Below are positions 1 through 12,352 of a DNA stretch of 64,000 nt, one piece after another. Made by a program: the position numbers and the translations under genes. Source of the DNA: Vitrella brassicaformis CCMP3155 (taxonomy: Eukaryota > Protista > Chromerida); NCBI GenBank assembly GCA_001179505.1, contig CDMY01000339.1, forward strand, positions 1-64,000. The letters are read 5' to 3'. Under the pieces are notes generated by a model that was not told where the DNA came from, did no database searches, and saw only the letters and a program-made list of their open reading frames with translations. How positions within the stretch are numbered: the stretch's first letter is position 1; each line of letters begins with the position of its first letter.

Positions 1-665
1 CTCCCTCTTACGGCAACCGCCCCACGCGATCCATCCTGGCGACGCACGAGCGCAGAAAGAAGAACAAGCATGTGCGCGTCTGCGAAGACCTGTCCATGAC
101 CTTCACCCCTCTGGTCGTCACCGTCGATGGGGTGTGGGGGGAGGGAGGCGGAGCACTTCTTCACCCGCTTGACTGAGCAGCTGTTGACGAGGCAGGGGTG
201 GTCAGATAGGGGGCGAGGGCGGGTACATGGGTGGCTGCGTGCTCGTTTGTCTGTTGCATTGGTGCGGGCTGCTAGCCTGTGTTTGAGGGGCGGGAGGCAG
301 TCATGGCGTGGTGTTGAAGCGATGGACGGAGCTGGGGTGTTTTCATCGGATGAGTGAGCGTGCTCTTTGTGCATAGGCATATGTGGATAGATTCATGGAG
401 GCGATTTGAACAAGCGAGTGCATGGATGCCATCTGTCAATTATCTCTCCTTATATTTCCGTCGTGGCTCTCAGCGGCCAAGTAAGCCACACGCAGAGAGG
501 GAGGGGCGGACTACGGGGATGAATGTTTCTGTGTTGGTTGCAAATTGGTTCTGTGTTGGTTCTGTGTGTGGTGTGTGTGTGTGTGTGTGTGTGTTGCAGA
601 TAGGCACGCTGCCTCCTGCTTCCCATGTGCATCTGCGTGTACCTGGCAATAAACCTTGCATGTAA
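1..665 (+). mobile_element. 3' end of a CRE-like (RLE-endonuclease) non-LTR retrotransposon with 3' UTR; frameshifted
   Basis: Frame 3 from nt 3 reads ..ATHERRKKNKHVRVCEDLSMTFTPLVVTVDGVWG. It continues in frame 1 as REAEHFFTRLTEQL..GWLRARLSVALVRAASLCLRG* (stop at 357). This matches the E-x2-K-x2-K / F-x-P-L-V..G / RLS..AL C-terminus typical of RLE LINEs. The frame change falls in the G run at 136-141. AATAAA is at 648-653. Confidence 0.8.
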
Positions 666-1089
666 GGGAGGGACAGACGGAAGAGGGTTTCATCGCGTCA
701 AACCGGTCGTGTGCTTGGCGTGTAGGAATTCGCCCAATTTCCGTGGTCTAGCGCGGGCGGTTCCGGCCAGGCCTCCCAGCCATGCCGCCAGGGCGACATC
801 CCCGCCGATTCGTCGCCCGGATCTCACTGAGCAACACACGGTAGAGCAAGCCGTCGCATCGAAGCCCTCAGGCAGTGGTGGCGGCGCCGTGCAAGGGGGT
901 GGGGAGAGTAGCGGGGTGGACGACGGCGGCCGGTCGGTGAGGGGACTGGGGGAGTCACGAGAGGGGGAGGGCTGCGACTACCGTCCCTCTCTTCGCACCA
1001 GCTATCTCTCGCGTCAGGAGCCGACCCCGCCCCGCCAGATACACCCCGACCCCCCCTCAGGAGGAGTGCAGTACCTGGACCCAGTGCAG

Positions 1090-2492
1090 ATGGGCTCGTA
1101 CGATCCGGTCGGGGATGCCATGCGTTTGTGGGGCCCCCCGCCCGACGACGAGATGGTGTTCGACTTCGAGCTGGCCGAGAGATACTTCGAAAAGAGGGAA
1201 GCAATCCCCTTAGTAAGATGGCAGTCAGAGAAGGAAAGATGGCATCGAAATGCCAAAAAACAGATACTCTTTCATGTCTTGTGTGCCTGCAGCTCTATCA
1301 CGCATATCAGGCTACTCTTGAGACCTTAGAGCAGTCATTCGTGATGCGGCCGACTGGTGCAGCGCCCTCGTCCCAGCCCACCAGCCCTCCCCTCTTGCAG
1401 CCAGCCGAGCTCTTTGACATGTCATTGCCCATCAGCAAGATGGCCCGCATGGCAATGTCGACTAACGATGCCACGCGAGCCGCTCTCCGCTCACACATCG
1501 TCACCCCCACTCGGCAGCAGGAGCTGCTGGGCCACACCTCGGCGACCGTCACCAGCACGCTGCTCAACGGCGTCCAGCACCACATCAACAAGGCCATCAG
1601 GCGTCTCGGCTTGAAGGACGTCTTCGCCTTCGACATTGCTGGTGACGTGGAGGGCGGCTTGAGGGTCGTCTGGCTGCTGGAGCAGGGCACCGGTGAGGAG
1701 TGGCGGGCGATGGGACGGTTCCTTCGGATGGCCTTCATCTATCGGCTGACCCCCGCCAAGTCGACGCGGCCCCTTCGGGTGTCGGCCGACTCGCTGTCCG
1801 CAGCAGCGACCTTGCACCAGCTGCCGATCACATTGGCGATCTACAAGATCATCGGCCAGCAGCTTTCAGACAATTGGACCAGCCTGGCGCTGCAGCAAGA
1901 TGACGATGGGAACTATCGGATCGGCAATGAATCATTTGGCGATGAATCATTCCGTGTGGTGCCTCTGGGTGAGCTGGCGGGCGGCCATCCCTATGCCAAC
2001 AGCTACAAGCGGACCGACCCCGTTATTCTCTCGAGCCGCGACTCCCTCTACCCCTCCTTCTCGGCATATCTGCTGCGCAGACTGCTCAACTCGTGGCCCT
2101 CCAAGTTGGAGTCGGGCGGGAGGGAGGTGCTGTCATTTCTGACCGACCGTGATGACCTTCGATGTCGCCGTCTGCAGAGGACTGAGGGCATTACAGAGGA
2201 TCAGGGCATCGCTGTCGACTACCGCTACTACCACGGGGATGATCTGAATGCTGCTGATGCGGGTGAGTATCGTCAGGTGATTGTGAGCGGCTTCCGACCC
2301 GACGAGACTATAGCCGCCCACCTGACGGTGGAGGGGGGCTCCATCCAGCTGTGGACGACCGAGGCATCTGTTAGAGGTAAGCCATTATTACTCGCCCTGC
2401 GCTTCCCTGAGTCGACTGGTGCCGTCCGCCGTTTGCTGCGGCCATTCGGTCTTGAGCGTGATGTCATCGACAGGGGGACCGTCCGACGGTGA
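1090..2492 (+). CDS. Hypothetical protein, probably of a lineage-expanded family; model join(1090..1212,1293..2492), 5' end uncertain
   Basis: A long open frame runs 1293-2492 (..DIAGDVEGGLRVVWLLEQGTGEEWRAMGRFLRMAFIYRLTP..). Donor GTAAG at 1213 and acceptor TGCAG ending at 1292 join the two frames in phase 0. Confidence 0.6.
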
Positions 2493-4294
2493 TGGCATGA
2501 GGGGGGAGTGCTGTCGGATTGGTGGCGATTGGGAGGTGTTAGGGTCTCTCTGACTGAGAAGGGGTGGAATGGGACTGGGTGTGTTTGGACGGGTGATGTG
2601 ACTGATTGTAATGTGTGCCATGCGTGGTTGGATGCCGTACTCGTTTCTGTCAGACTCGATGACTGAATGGCTTCTCTCGCATGAACGAGGAAGCAAACAG
2701 CACAGCTCATCGGCAAAGTGAAACTCGGTTGAGGTGTGCTTGCGCCGCTCGACACACACTGACGAACATGAAGCACGTGAGTTGATGCACTCACAGGAAT
2801 TCACCACACACACACAGGAAGTCACCCCGATCCCTACTCGCTGGGCTCACAGGCGGGGCTGCGGCGATGTGTCTCTGTCTGTCTGTCTGTCTGTCTGGCA
2901 CTGAGATGCCCACAAAAGGGAGAGGGATGACACTCGGATGAAGGAAAACCGCACAGGACTGCACCTCACCGACCTCCAACGATCACAGGTGAGCAGCGCG
3001 TGACGCACATCCAGACAAGGGATGGAAACACCCAAGCACAGTTTGACCATCCCCCTCTCTCTCGTGTGCATCTCAGCAGCCGCCCGGCAACCAAAGAGAG
3101 ACCGACCCAGCCACACGCTGTTACTCTGAGATCGCCGCCAGGCAATTGAGATGCCCACGAAGACCAAGACACGATACCAGACAGAGCACAGCTGGCGACA
3201 GAAAAATCTCTCTCTCTTTCCCACCTCACACACATTGACAGCCAGGCCAAGCGACAGCGCCACTCGCGCCCAGCAGATCGAAGAAGATGGTAAGTGTTAC
3301 ACGCAATACATCACACCAGACAGACAGACAGCAGCAGTCGGCCGTCTTACTTCCTTTGTGTGCATGTGACGTGCGCGTGTGGTGTCTGTCTGTGAGATGC
3401 TCGACGGCCACCACACACAGAGAGTGAGAATGAACCTCACTGTGTGACGTCACCATCGACTGTCCGATAGTCAGCACACCAACACTCGATGCACATCGAA
3501 GGGAACCGAACAGACCACCCCATCTCTCTCTCTCCTTCCCACCTACACGCAGAAGGAAATGCGCCAGGCGCCCATCGGCACAGAGAGAGATAGAGAGGCA
3601 CAGCCACCCATCCATCTGCGTCAGTGTGGGTGTGGGTGTGGGTGTGGGTGTACCAGCATAACATACAGACGGTCGGTCGGGAAAAAGGACCCACAGAGGG
3701 GCCAAATTGTGATGAGTGTCGGGTGTGCGCATTTTCATTGACTTGGACAGATCGTCAACAAAGTCAGTCATGTCGTTTGTGGAAGGTGTGTGTCTGTCAT
3801 GTGCTCGAGGGCCACCGCACACGGAGAGTGACGACGAACACTCTATGTGTACAGTGGACCTAATCAACGCAACAGCCAGCACACCGACACACAATGCGCA
3901 TCAAACATCTCTCTCGTAACACCTCTCTCTAGTAACATCTGTTCACCAATGCATCACGCCCACTCTCTCATGTCAGGGTGTTAGTGTCTCGACATAGGAT
4001 CATCACAGTGGCGCGTGCCTGTCCATTTCCCTCTGTGGGCAGCTCTGTCACCGCCCGGCGACCCCAAAGCACCAACACCTGACGTGGGCTGATACTCTTG
4101 CGTCACCGAGCTAAGGACAAGCTGCACACAAAGGGAGAGGGACACACGCATGCAGGAAAACCAACCGAGTACCACAGACACGCCACACGCGATGGACAAC
4201 CACACAGTCTCTTTCTCCCAGTGGGCCATGTCAGACAGAACACACTCTCCCAGGCGAATGGACAGATAGACAGATCAGTGTGATGTCGGCCTGT

Positions 4295-4669
4295 CCGTCT
4301 GTCTGTCTGTCTGTCTGAGCCGCCCGTGTGTGACGGATGCACCGACGAGAGGTCGACACACTCTCGCCAACAGACGTCACAAGACAACAGCTCACAGACA
4401 GACGGCAGCCCAAACACCGCCCCAACAGCGATTCTCTGTGCAGCCAATCAGCCAATCGTCCCCTTCTGTCTGTCTGTCTGTCTGTCTGTCTGTGAGCCGC
4501 CCGTGTGTGACGGATGCACCGACGAGAGATCAACACACTCTCGCGAACAATCGTCAATCGCCAGCAGCCCACAGACAGACGGCAGACCAATCACGCACCA
4601 CACAGCGATTCTCTGTGCAGCCAATCAGCCAATCGTCCCCTTCTCTGTCTGTCTGTCTGTCTGTCTGTC
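4295..4669. repeat. Direct tandem duplication, ~177-bp unit, 2 copies, bounded by (CTGT)n
   Basis: GAGCCGCCCGTGTGTGACGGATGCACCGACGAGAG starts at 4317 and 4494. ACAGCGATTCTCTGTGCAGCCAATCAGCCAATCGTCCCCTTCT occurs in both units. Confidence 0.9.
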
Positions 4670-6040
4670 ATATTTCCCCCGCCCCCCACTCACCGGCCCA
4701 CACACTCACGGCAGCAGACAGACGGCCCACACGCAAAACCCCACACAGTCCACACAGAGAGAAAGGGCCGACCAATACACGACAGCCGTCCCCTCACACA
4801 CACAGCGACAGACAGACAGAGAGAGAGGGAGTCCGTCGACTCATCGGCCGATCATCCTGCCTCCCACACACAAATGGATCCACACACACACACACATACA
4901 CACACACAGACGAGCAGCACTCAGCAGCAAAGAGATAGAGAGCTCGGTCGTCGTCTCGCTTGTCCCAAAATCAGCACATCGGTCACCCACAGCTGACACA
5001 CACACAGACACCGCCGCAGACAAACAGACGTCATCGGCCTTTCTGTGTGTCCCTTTCCCTCTTGGTGTCTGCGCACCATCAGACGGGCACACACACCGTC
5101 AGAGGTATCGCCTTGTCTCGGTGTCGTCAGTCGGTCAGTCGACGAGGCAGAGAGGGGCAGAGGGAGAGAGACCCGTCAGCGGTCGGCGCATCGGCAGATC
5201 TGTCCTCCTTCAGCACGTATCGTCACCATCAGCGCGTCCAAGCCATCAGCCATCAGCGCTGATGACACACAGACACACAGATGACAAGCATCATGGCATG
5301 GCGGTGCTCGAGGCGTCCCTCACTCACTGACTCACTGACCTGACTGAGGCACCGCCACATCGGTGTCTGTCAGTGCCGCCAGCAGCCGCCCCTTCGAAGG
5401 GAAGGGAATGAGGACACAGCTGAATCTCAACCGAAAGAGCCGGAGGATTTGACGAGGGGTGAAATGGTTTGTTACCCTACAGCCCCATTCACGAGAGGCC
5501 AAGGCGTTTTGCGCCTTGTCGGACAGCTGTGCGTTGCGAGAGTGAGGCACTCGGCCGACAAGAGGGCGAGAAGAGTCACGCGAGTCAGTCGTCCTCTCGA
5601 CTGCTGCGCTGGGTTGGCGGGCCGCAGAGCTGACAGACATCCGAGGTGAGGAAGGCTCAACACTCACTGACTCACTCACTGACGCGCTCATCCACTCACC
5701 TCGATGAATGCGTTGGCCTTTCTCTCTGTCTGTCTGTCTGTCTGTCTGTCTGCCTCTCTGCCTCTCTGTGTCTTGTCGGCCCATCGGTGCAGTGTGGCTG
5801 AGGAGCGATGGCGGCCTCCTCATCTGCCGCTGGTGCTGCTGCTGGTAGTGGTGCTGGTGATGGTGGTGGTGGTGGTGGTAGTGGTGGAGGCTCATTGACT
5901 TCTCTCTGATCTGTGAATCTGAGCATCGAACAAGGTGAGCACCAAGCTTTGATGGACACAATACTCTGTCGGCTCTGTCGCTCTGTGCAGCCTCTCGTCG
6001 AGCGCCTCATCTGACCGTCTTGGCCCATCCATCGCATCTC

Positions 6041-7364
6041 ATGCAGCACAACGAGCAGCAGCAGCACCCCGTGTCATACCTGTGTGTCGGGCGGAGGAGC
6101 CGCTACCTCCTCAGCATCAAGGACGTCGTGCGGCTGAGGGCCACCTGCACGTGGCTCAGAGAGCTCTTCGGAGCGGCCCAGCTGAGAGATCGGCTCAGCC
6201 ACTCGCTGGGCTCACAGGCGGGGCTGCGGCGGGCGGTGAATGGGCAGCAATTGCAGCTGCTGCGGTTCGACGACAACCAGTTCGGCACACATGATCTGCT
6301 GGGGGCTGTGTGTGTGGTGGAGGAGGGGGGCTGGGACGAGATGGGCGGGGTGATTGAGCTGGCAAGGCAGTGCGGCAACTGTGAGCTGCCTGTGACCCTC
6401 AGTGGGGCTGACATCAACACACACGCAAACAAAGCGGTGAGCCGGGAAACAGACGGGCGGGGAGGGGAGGAAGAGGGCTTCATTCTCTCTCTGTGTGTGT
6501 GTCTGTGTGTGGTCTTGTGTGTAGGCGTATCTGTCGGCTCCCCATGTGTTGGCGCAGCTCAAGATGGCCGGCCGCCACGTCCACTTCAATGACGGCAGCT
6601 GCCTGCAGTTGTTCCACCACGCCGATGGTGAGGTGCGGGCCATCAAGGACGAGCCCGACTTCCGGCTGGAGGTCGACACGCCTCTCCATGCCGGCCACCT
6701 GTATCAGCAGCACAGACCGCCACAGGACCCACCGGTGCGTGAGCGCATCGGCTTCTCGACCGACTACATCGGCTTCTTGACCGACTACGGCAGATGGGTG
6801 AGACTCGCCGGCCCGGGGATCACCCAGGCGTCAGTTTCGTCGTTCGCCAAGGCCAAAATCCTCAGCCACTTCATCAATACTCGCCAGACCACCAATGAGA
6901 AATTCACTATACTCAACAGGTGACACACCAACGAAATCAATGGGGTCGGGAGGGGAACACCACAAATCACTCGATGCTGTCTGTCTGTTTAGGGGTGTCG
7001 GTGGTGGTCGTCTGGACGACCTTCTCACCCAGTCGCCCCACACACCAATGGCCGGCTGTACGACGACAGTGAGCTGGGACGGTCGTGTGCGATGGCTGGT
7101 GCTCACCGACGGCAGCCGACCCTTCGTCGCCTGGATTGTCATCAGCACATTTGGAAACGACAAGGGTGGGGGTGAATGACAAAGAGGGAGTGCTGCTGGA
7201 AACGTCGCGTGTTCTTCTTTTCTTTGTCTGCAGTGCGTGTGTGTATTCTGACGACTGAGGCGGCTGCGTGTGAGGGTGGTGCCTTCAAGCACCGCTTCCC
7301 GTTGTCCACTCAGCTGGCTCGCGTGGCGTTGGGGGCGGTGGCGTCATTCGTATTCGATAGCTGA
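6041..7364 (+). CDS. Hypothetical protein, probably of a lineage-expanded family, with F-box-like N-terminal motif; join(6041..6436,6525..6919,6993..7165,7234..7364)
   Basis: Three GT-AG introns join four ORF-track segments in frame (NKA|AYLSAPH; ILNR|GVGGGRLDD; NDKV|RVCILTTEAA). The N-terminus is YLLSIKDVVRLRATC. Confidence 0.75.
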
Positions 7365-8474
7365 GGCGGGGGGGGCGGCGGGTGACACCAATCCATCAGT
7401 CAAGACGTGCTGGTGGGTGAGCAGGAATTCATCCCCCCTGTCACCATGTGGCTGAGTACCGCCCTGCTCTGTGCGTGTGTGTGTTTTGTCAGGAGGGCAT
7501 CTCAAGCTGGATGCTGGCTGTCGTCATTCATCTCCGTCGCCGATCGGTTTGTTCCTCACAGACATCGCCCACCGCTCACTGTGTCAACCAGCTGCTGCTG
7601 CCGTGTGACCTAATGGCTGGCATGGCTTTGATGGGTGTGGGTGTGGTTGGGGTGACCAAAATCTCTGGTGCGGTCCGGTCCTCTGCCGGCCGATTTTGGT
7701 GTGATGGTCCAGCCGATGTGTGAGTGTGTTTGGCTGCCTGGCTGACTCACCTGCCTGCCATAACTCTCTCTCGAGGTGACTGTGGTGGAGTGTGTCTGCC
7801 TGTGTGTGTGTGTGTGCTGTGGGTGACGGCCGTGAAATGACTCAGTTGACTAAGTGAATTGCTCACACGCAAACGAGTCCATAGAGACGCCCGGCCCCTC
7901 CCGCCACACAGACAGAAAGAAACGCTGCCGGCAATTATATAAGGCGTTCCACCACAGCCCCATTCGTCAATGAAAAGAATCCGCTCTCTCTGTTGACATG
8001 GCCGTCTGAGCGTACGTGTCTGTGGTCGTCTGCGTGTGCACTGCCCACACCCACACAAAACCCAGCAGCCAGGGGGGCGGAGGCCAACCGGGCCAAGCGG
8101 ACAGGACTCAGCCGGGTTGTTGAGCTGCGTTGCGTGTGTCGAGGGGTTTGTTTGCTTTGCGTGTCAGTCAGTGAGTTAGTCAATCAGTCGATGGCCGCTG
8201 CGGTGATTAAGTCGACGGCTGGTTCAGGCACACACACACGCACCCCAATAAAGTCTGCTTTCGTTTCCGTGTTTCTCCTGTTCGCTGCGAACCGGCCCCC
8301 AAGTTGAACGACAACCAGAAATAATGCTACGGTCGTTCCCACCAGTGCATCCATCTCATCGTCCCAAACACACGAAATATAAGATGTAGGCAGCGATGCT
8401 CCTTGCCGCCTCTCACCTATACACACACATACACATACACACATACACCAACCACACACACATCATGCCCCACA

Positions 8475-11424
8475 TTAAAGACGTCCTGCTCCCTTCTCTG
8501 CCTCTTTCCTCGTCACTGCCTCACTCACCCCTTTCAGCGATATGGCATAGAATCCCTTGGTCCTCTTCTCGATGTCCTCTCCCTTCAGGTCCCTCTTGTA
8601 TCGATTGATGAAGGAGGTGATATCACTCAGACACATTTGCTGGTAGTCCTCAGTGCGCCGCCTGCCATCGTGCTCAAAGGCGTCGTTGGTAGTTCTTTTG
8701 TAGAGGTGGCTGGGGAGGGCGTCGCGGCACTCCAAGAGCATATTTGTCGCGTGCACAGTCCTGCTGGTATGTCGGTACAGTGTAGAGGATACACAAGCTA
8801 CAAGTCACACGAGCCAACGAGCTCTTGTTTTGCGTCTCTACCGTTGGAGCGCGTACCCTCCTATGAATATTGTCATTGTCCCTGTTTCCGTCTGTAGGTG
8901 GCAGAGGATTGGTGGCCACCTGTGGAGACACAATATGGAAACAAGCGGCTGGTGGTCTCCTTCTCCCAATCGATCGGACGAAGTGTACCCACAAGGCCTC
9001 TCTGCTTTGTACCTTCAGGCCTTGCTGCTGCTTGTTCCCTGTGGCCTTGTCCATCTCGCTGTCTTCGTTGTGGATGTCCTGCTGCAGCACAGCAGGTGGC
9101 CGCAGAGACACACGGGGACCAAACGTTGGCGTGACTGTGGCCCCCTCCATGTGCCTACTGTCTTTCGGCGGTTGTCAAGTTCACGTTTCTTGTCCCTGTC
9201 CTGGAGTTCCTGTGGACAACAAACAGTAGAATGGATGGATGGATGGATAGATGGCTGGATGTATTGTGTAGTCCTTGGATGCCCGTACAATGATGAGTGC
9301 ATGAATGGATCGACCCGCGTCTGGCGGTATCCAGCCCGCCTCGACTGTCGGCCCAGCCCTTCCGTCTCGATGGGGCGCTTCACCACCAGACGCTCAAAGT
9401 AGCCCATCACCCAACGCACAGCCCCGACCCTTCTGCTGGTCGGATACACCGCGACGAGCTGCCACAGGACGGTCTTGGTGGCCTCTCGCCGGCTGCGGAA
9501 TTTCTCCTCGGTGCCCTGGAGGACCTTGTCAATGACGCTGCTGTTGTTGCCGTCCGAGCGCATGTTCACCGTGGGCACGCTGAAGTGGTCGAGCAGTGAG
9601 TTGATGAAATCCTCGCACGTCTGGGAGCGCTTGCCGAGGCACGCCAGTGCAATTGAGAACCAGCCGAGCGTTTCTCTCTCGGCGTCTTCTATCCGGTCCA
9701 CGGCCGACTGGGGCATCCTGAGCATGCCCGACGCCGCCGCTGCCTCCTTGCTGCCGTCGCCCTGCCCCTCCCTGTTGTCCCTCTCCTCTGTGACGAGCCC
9801 GACGGCTTCCGGCGAGTCAGCAGCGGTGTGGCGGCCCCTGTCGTCGTAATACTCGCTGTCGGGCACCGGCTGCACCTGGTCGCGATGCTGCCGGTACATG
9901 TAGACGAGGTAGAGCAGCTTCGGATCTATGCTGAGCCGCCATTCGGGCACCCTCACGACCGCCCCCCCGACGAGCTTGACGCCAGAGAGGAAGGAGGTGT
10001 ATGACAGCGAGGCCGAGAACGTGTCGGTCGACATGTCGAATCCCGGGAACTCCAGTGCCAGCTTCAGGAGCATCTGGAACTTGCTGGGGCTCCCCAGGAG
10101 GTCCATATAGGTCTGGTCGACGATGCCCGCGTCCCGAGTGGCTTTTTCGAGAGAGCCGTCCTGCTGCATCTCTCTGAGCTTCCTGGTCAGCCGCTGCTCG
10201 GGTGGCGAGCTGGAATCTTGCCTTGGTCGATAACTGTGCCCGCGGTTCGCAGCTCGGTGTCGCAGCGCGTCACGCCTAACGCCGGCAGAATCAAAGGGTG
10301 CAGATCTTGGCTATCTCCATCCGAGCACCCCTCCGGCCCATCAGCACTCGATGGCGTTTGCGCGTCCTTGCTTCTGCCCACCACGGAGGCCGCGGCGTGG
10401 TCGCCAGACGTGTCAGGGGAAGCCTGGAAGGGACAGGCCACAGGGGCGTCGTCTGCATCGTGTGGACATCCGCTGAAGTGCTGGGGGCCAAGTGGCGGAT
10501 CTTCGAGTGAGATGCCCTCATATGAGCGGCTGGCAGAGGCGACGAGACGGTCACCGTATTCCATCACGCTTGGCGCTGCCGACACGCTCAACACATCGCC
10601 GGATTGGGCACACGCACCACTGGACACACTGTGCCCGAGCCGATGGTCGGATGGCAGTGCAGGTACGCCCTCCACTCTATCAGCAGATTTCTCGCATGAG
10701 CTCAGGCGGCCGCCTCGGCCCACGTGTGCTGCCTGGGGCGACATGTTGGGTAGGGCCGGCTGGTCTGGGGCGGCTGGCGGCTTTGCACCGGGGCGACGAG
10801 CCGCAGCTGCTGGTGTCGGTGGCGAGGGAGGGGGAGGGCGCGGCTTGGAGCAGACAGGCAACACTCTTAGCCCCATCTGCAGAAGGATGCTGCCACACAG
10901 CAACCGAAAAACAGACATGACATTCCATTCATTTACGTACGTACGTACACACACACAGGTGTGCCTGCCTGTCTGACTGTCTGATGGCTTCCTTACTTGG
11001 GTCCATTGTCATCAGATATGATGACCTTCTTCAACTTGAGGTTCCCCTCCTCTCGTCGCCGAGCAATCTCCTCAATCGACGCCATGGCCCCGCCTCCCTG
11101 CACCACCGCCTTCTTGACATCCTCCTGACGCGGTCCCTCCATCCCATGGATCTCCCTCAACGTGCGGAGCATGTTGTGAGCACCCAACACGAATGACAGC
11201 TCCCGCTCCTCCTCCTTCTCGATGTCTTTGGTGCTGGCGGCATCGACATCCATGGCGAGCTCCGAACGTGCCTTAAGGAGGAGGAGCCGCTGCCGCTCCC
11301 GCTGCACGTCCGTCCCCGGACGCCCTTTGAGGCCATCCTCGACGAGCCGCAGGGCACTATCGCAACCACGTGGTTGCTGCGTCGCAAAGCAAGACGTCTC
11401 CGGCCGCGTGTTGATGAGGTCCAT
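8475..11424 (-). CDS. Multi-exon hypothetical protein, no recognised domain
   Basis: Long minus-strand ORFs at 10993-11424, 10187-10870, 9015-10310 and 8475-8756 are separated by microsatellite-rich GT-AG intervals. The exact joins are uncertain. Confidence 0.5.
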
Positions 11425-12352
11425 TGTCAGGGGACACTCGAGTGTCGGTCCGCCCTTGATGCAGGCCACAGTCGCGACGCCTGGAACAGGGCTACTGGCG
11501 ACTGACAGATGCGTCGGGGGAATAGAATTTTTACGTTTCTCGCCTGTCTCGACGCGAGCTCTTTCTCGACGGTCGTGGTAAGAGGTGCGACAAGATGGAG
11601 CAATCAAGTGCGTTGGTCAAAACGTCTCACGCCACACGCCAACACGGCCAGCAGCTGACGCAGCCACAGGCCAGCCACAGCACCCCGCATCTCTGCCCGT
11701 GTAGGATTGTGGCCAGCCTACAAGTGCGTTGTCTGCTGGCCGTGTAGGCGTGTGGCGTCTACAGGTGCGACACACCACAACGTGTATATGTGCCCTGTTG
11801 TTCGCCGACAAACGTCAAAACATCTCAACCAAGACCGCTTCACTGGGAAGCACATCGCGTGCACGTCCGTCCGTCCGTCCGTCCGTCCGTCAAGGGCCGA
11901 GACCGATTGCCATCCGTGCCCCTCCCCCATCTCACTCACTTCCCACACAGACACGCACACACGGTCCCGCCCCGCAGGCCACACTACACCACACTACAGC
12001 ACACAGCATTCCTGTCCTTGACTTTCCTCCAGCTTTCCTCCTCTACAGAACTGACCTTATTCACCTTAACACCATCACCATCACCACTACCAAACAACGC
12101 AGGCAGGTCCCGTACTTCCTACACACAGCCATCCATCCACCCGGTCCCATCCCATCCCTGTAATCGTCAATATATCGACGACTCTGACTGACCTGACTCC
12201 TTCCTTTCTTTCAACACTGAGAGCCTCGATACAGTCGATACAGACAGACTGACACTTACACACCAGACACCACTTCCTCCCTCCAACAAAACCCAGCCGG
12301 TGTGCAGTGCATCATGGGTCCGTCCGTCCGTTCAGTCAGTCAGTCAGTCACC

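Noticed and set aside
640-720. Shared target sequence (e.g. spliced-leader gene) for the three LINE pieces
   Set aside because: The flanks at ~665, ~29940/30560 and 61775 show no common motif, and no RNA gene was recognised anywhere in the window.
3226-5961. Possible minus-strand multi-exon gene, including a poly-His/Gln ORF at 5790-5898
   Set aside because: Splice-like signals exist, but I could not build a consistent frame or find a domain. The ORFs are dominated by microsatellite translation.
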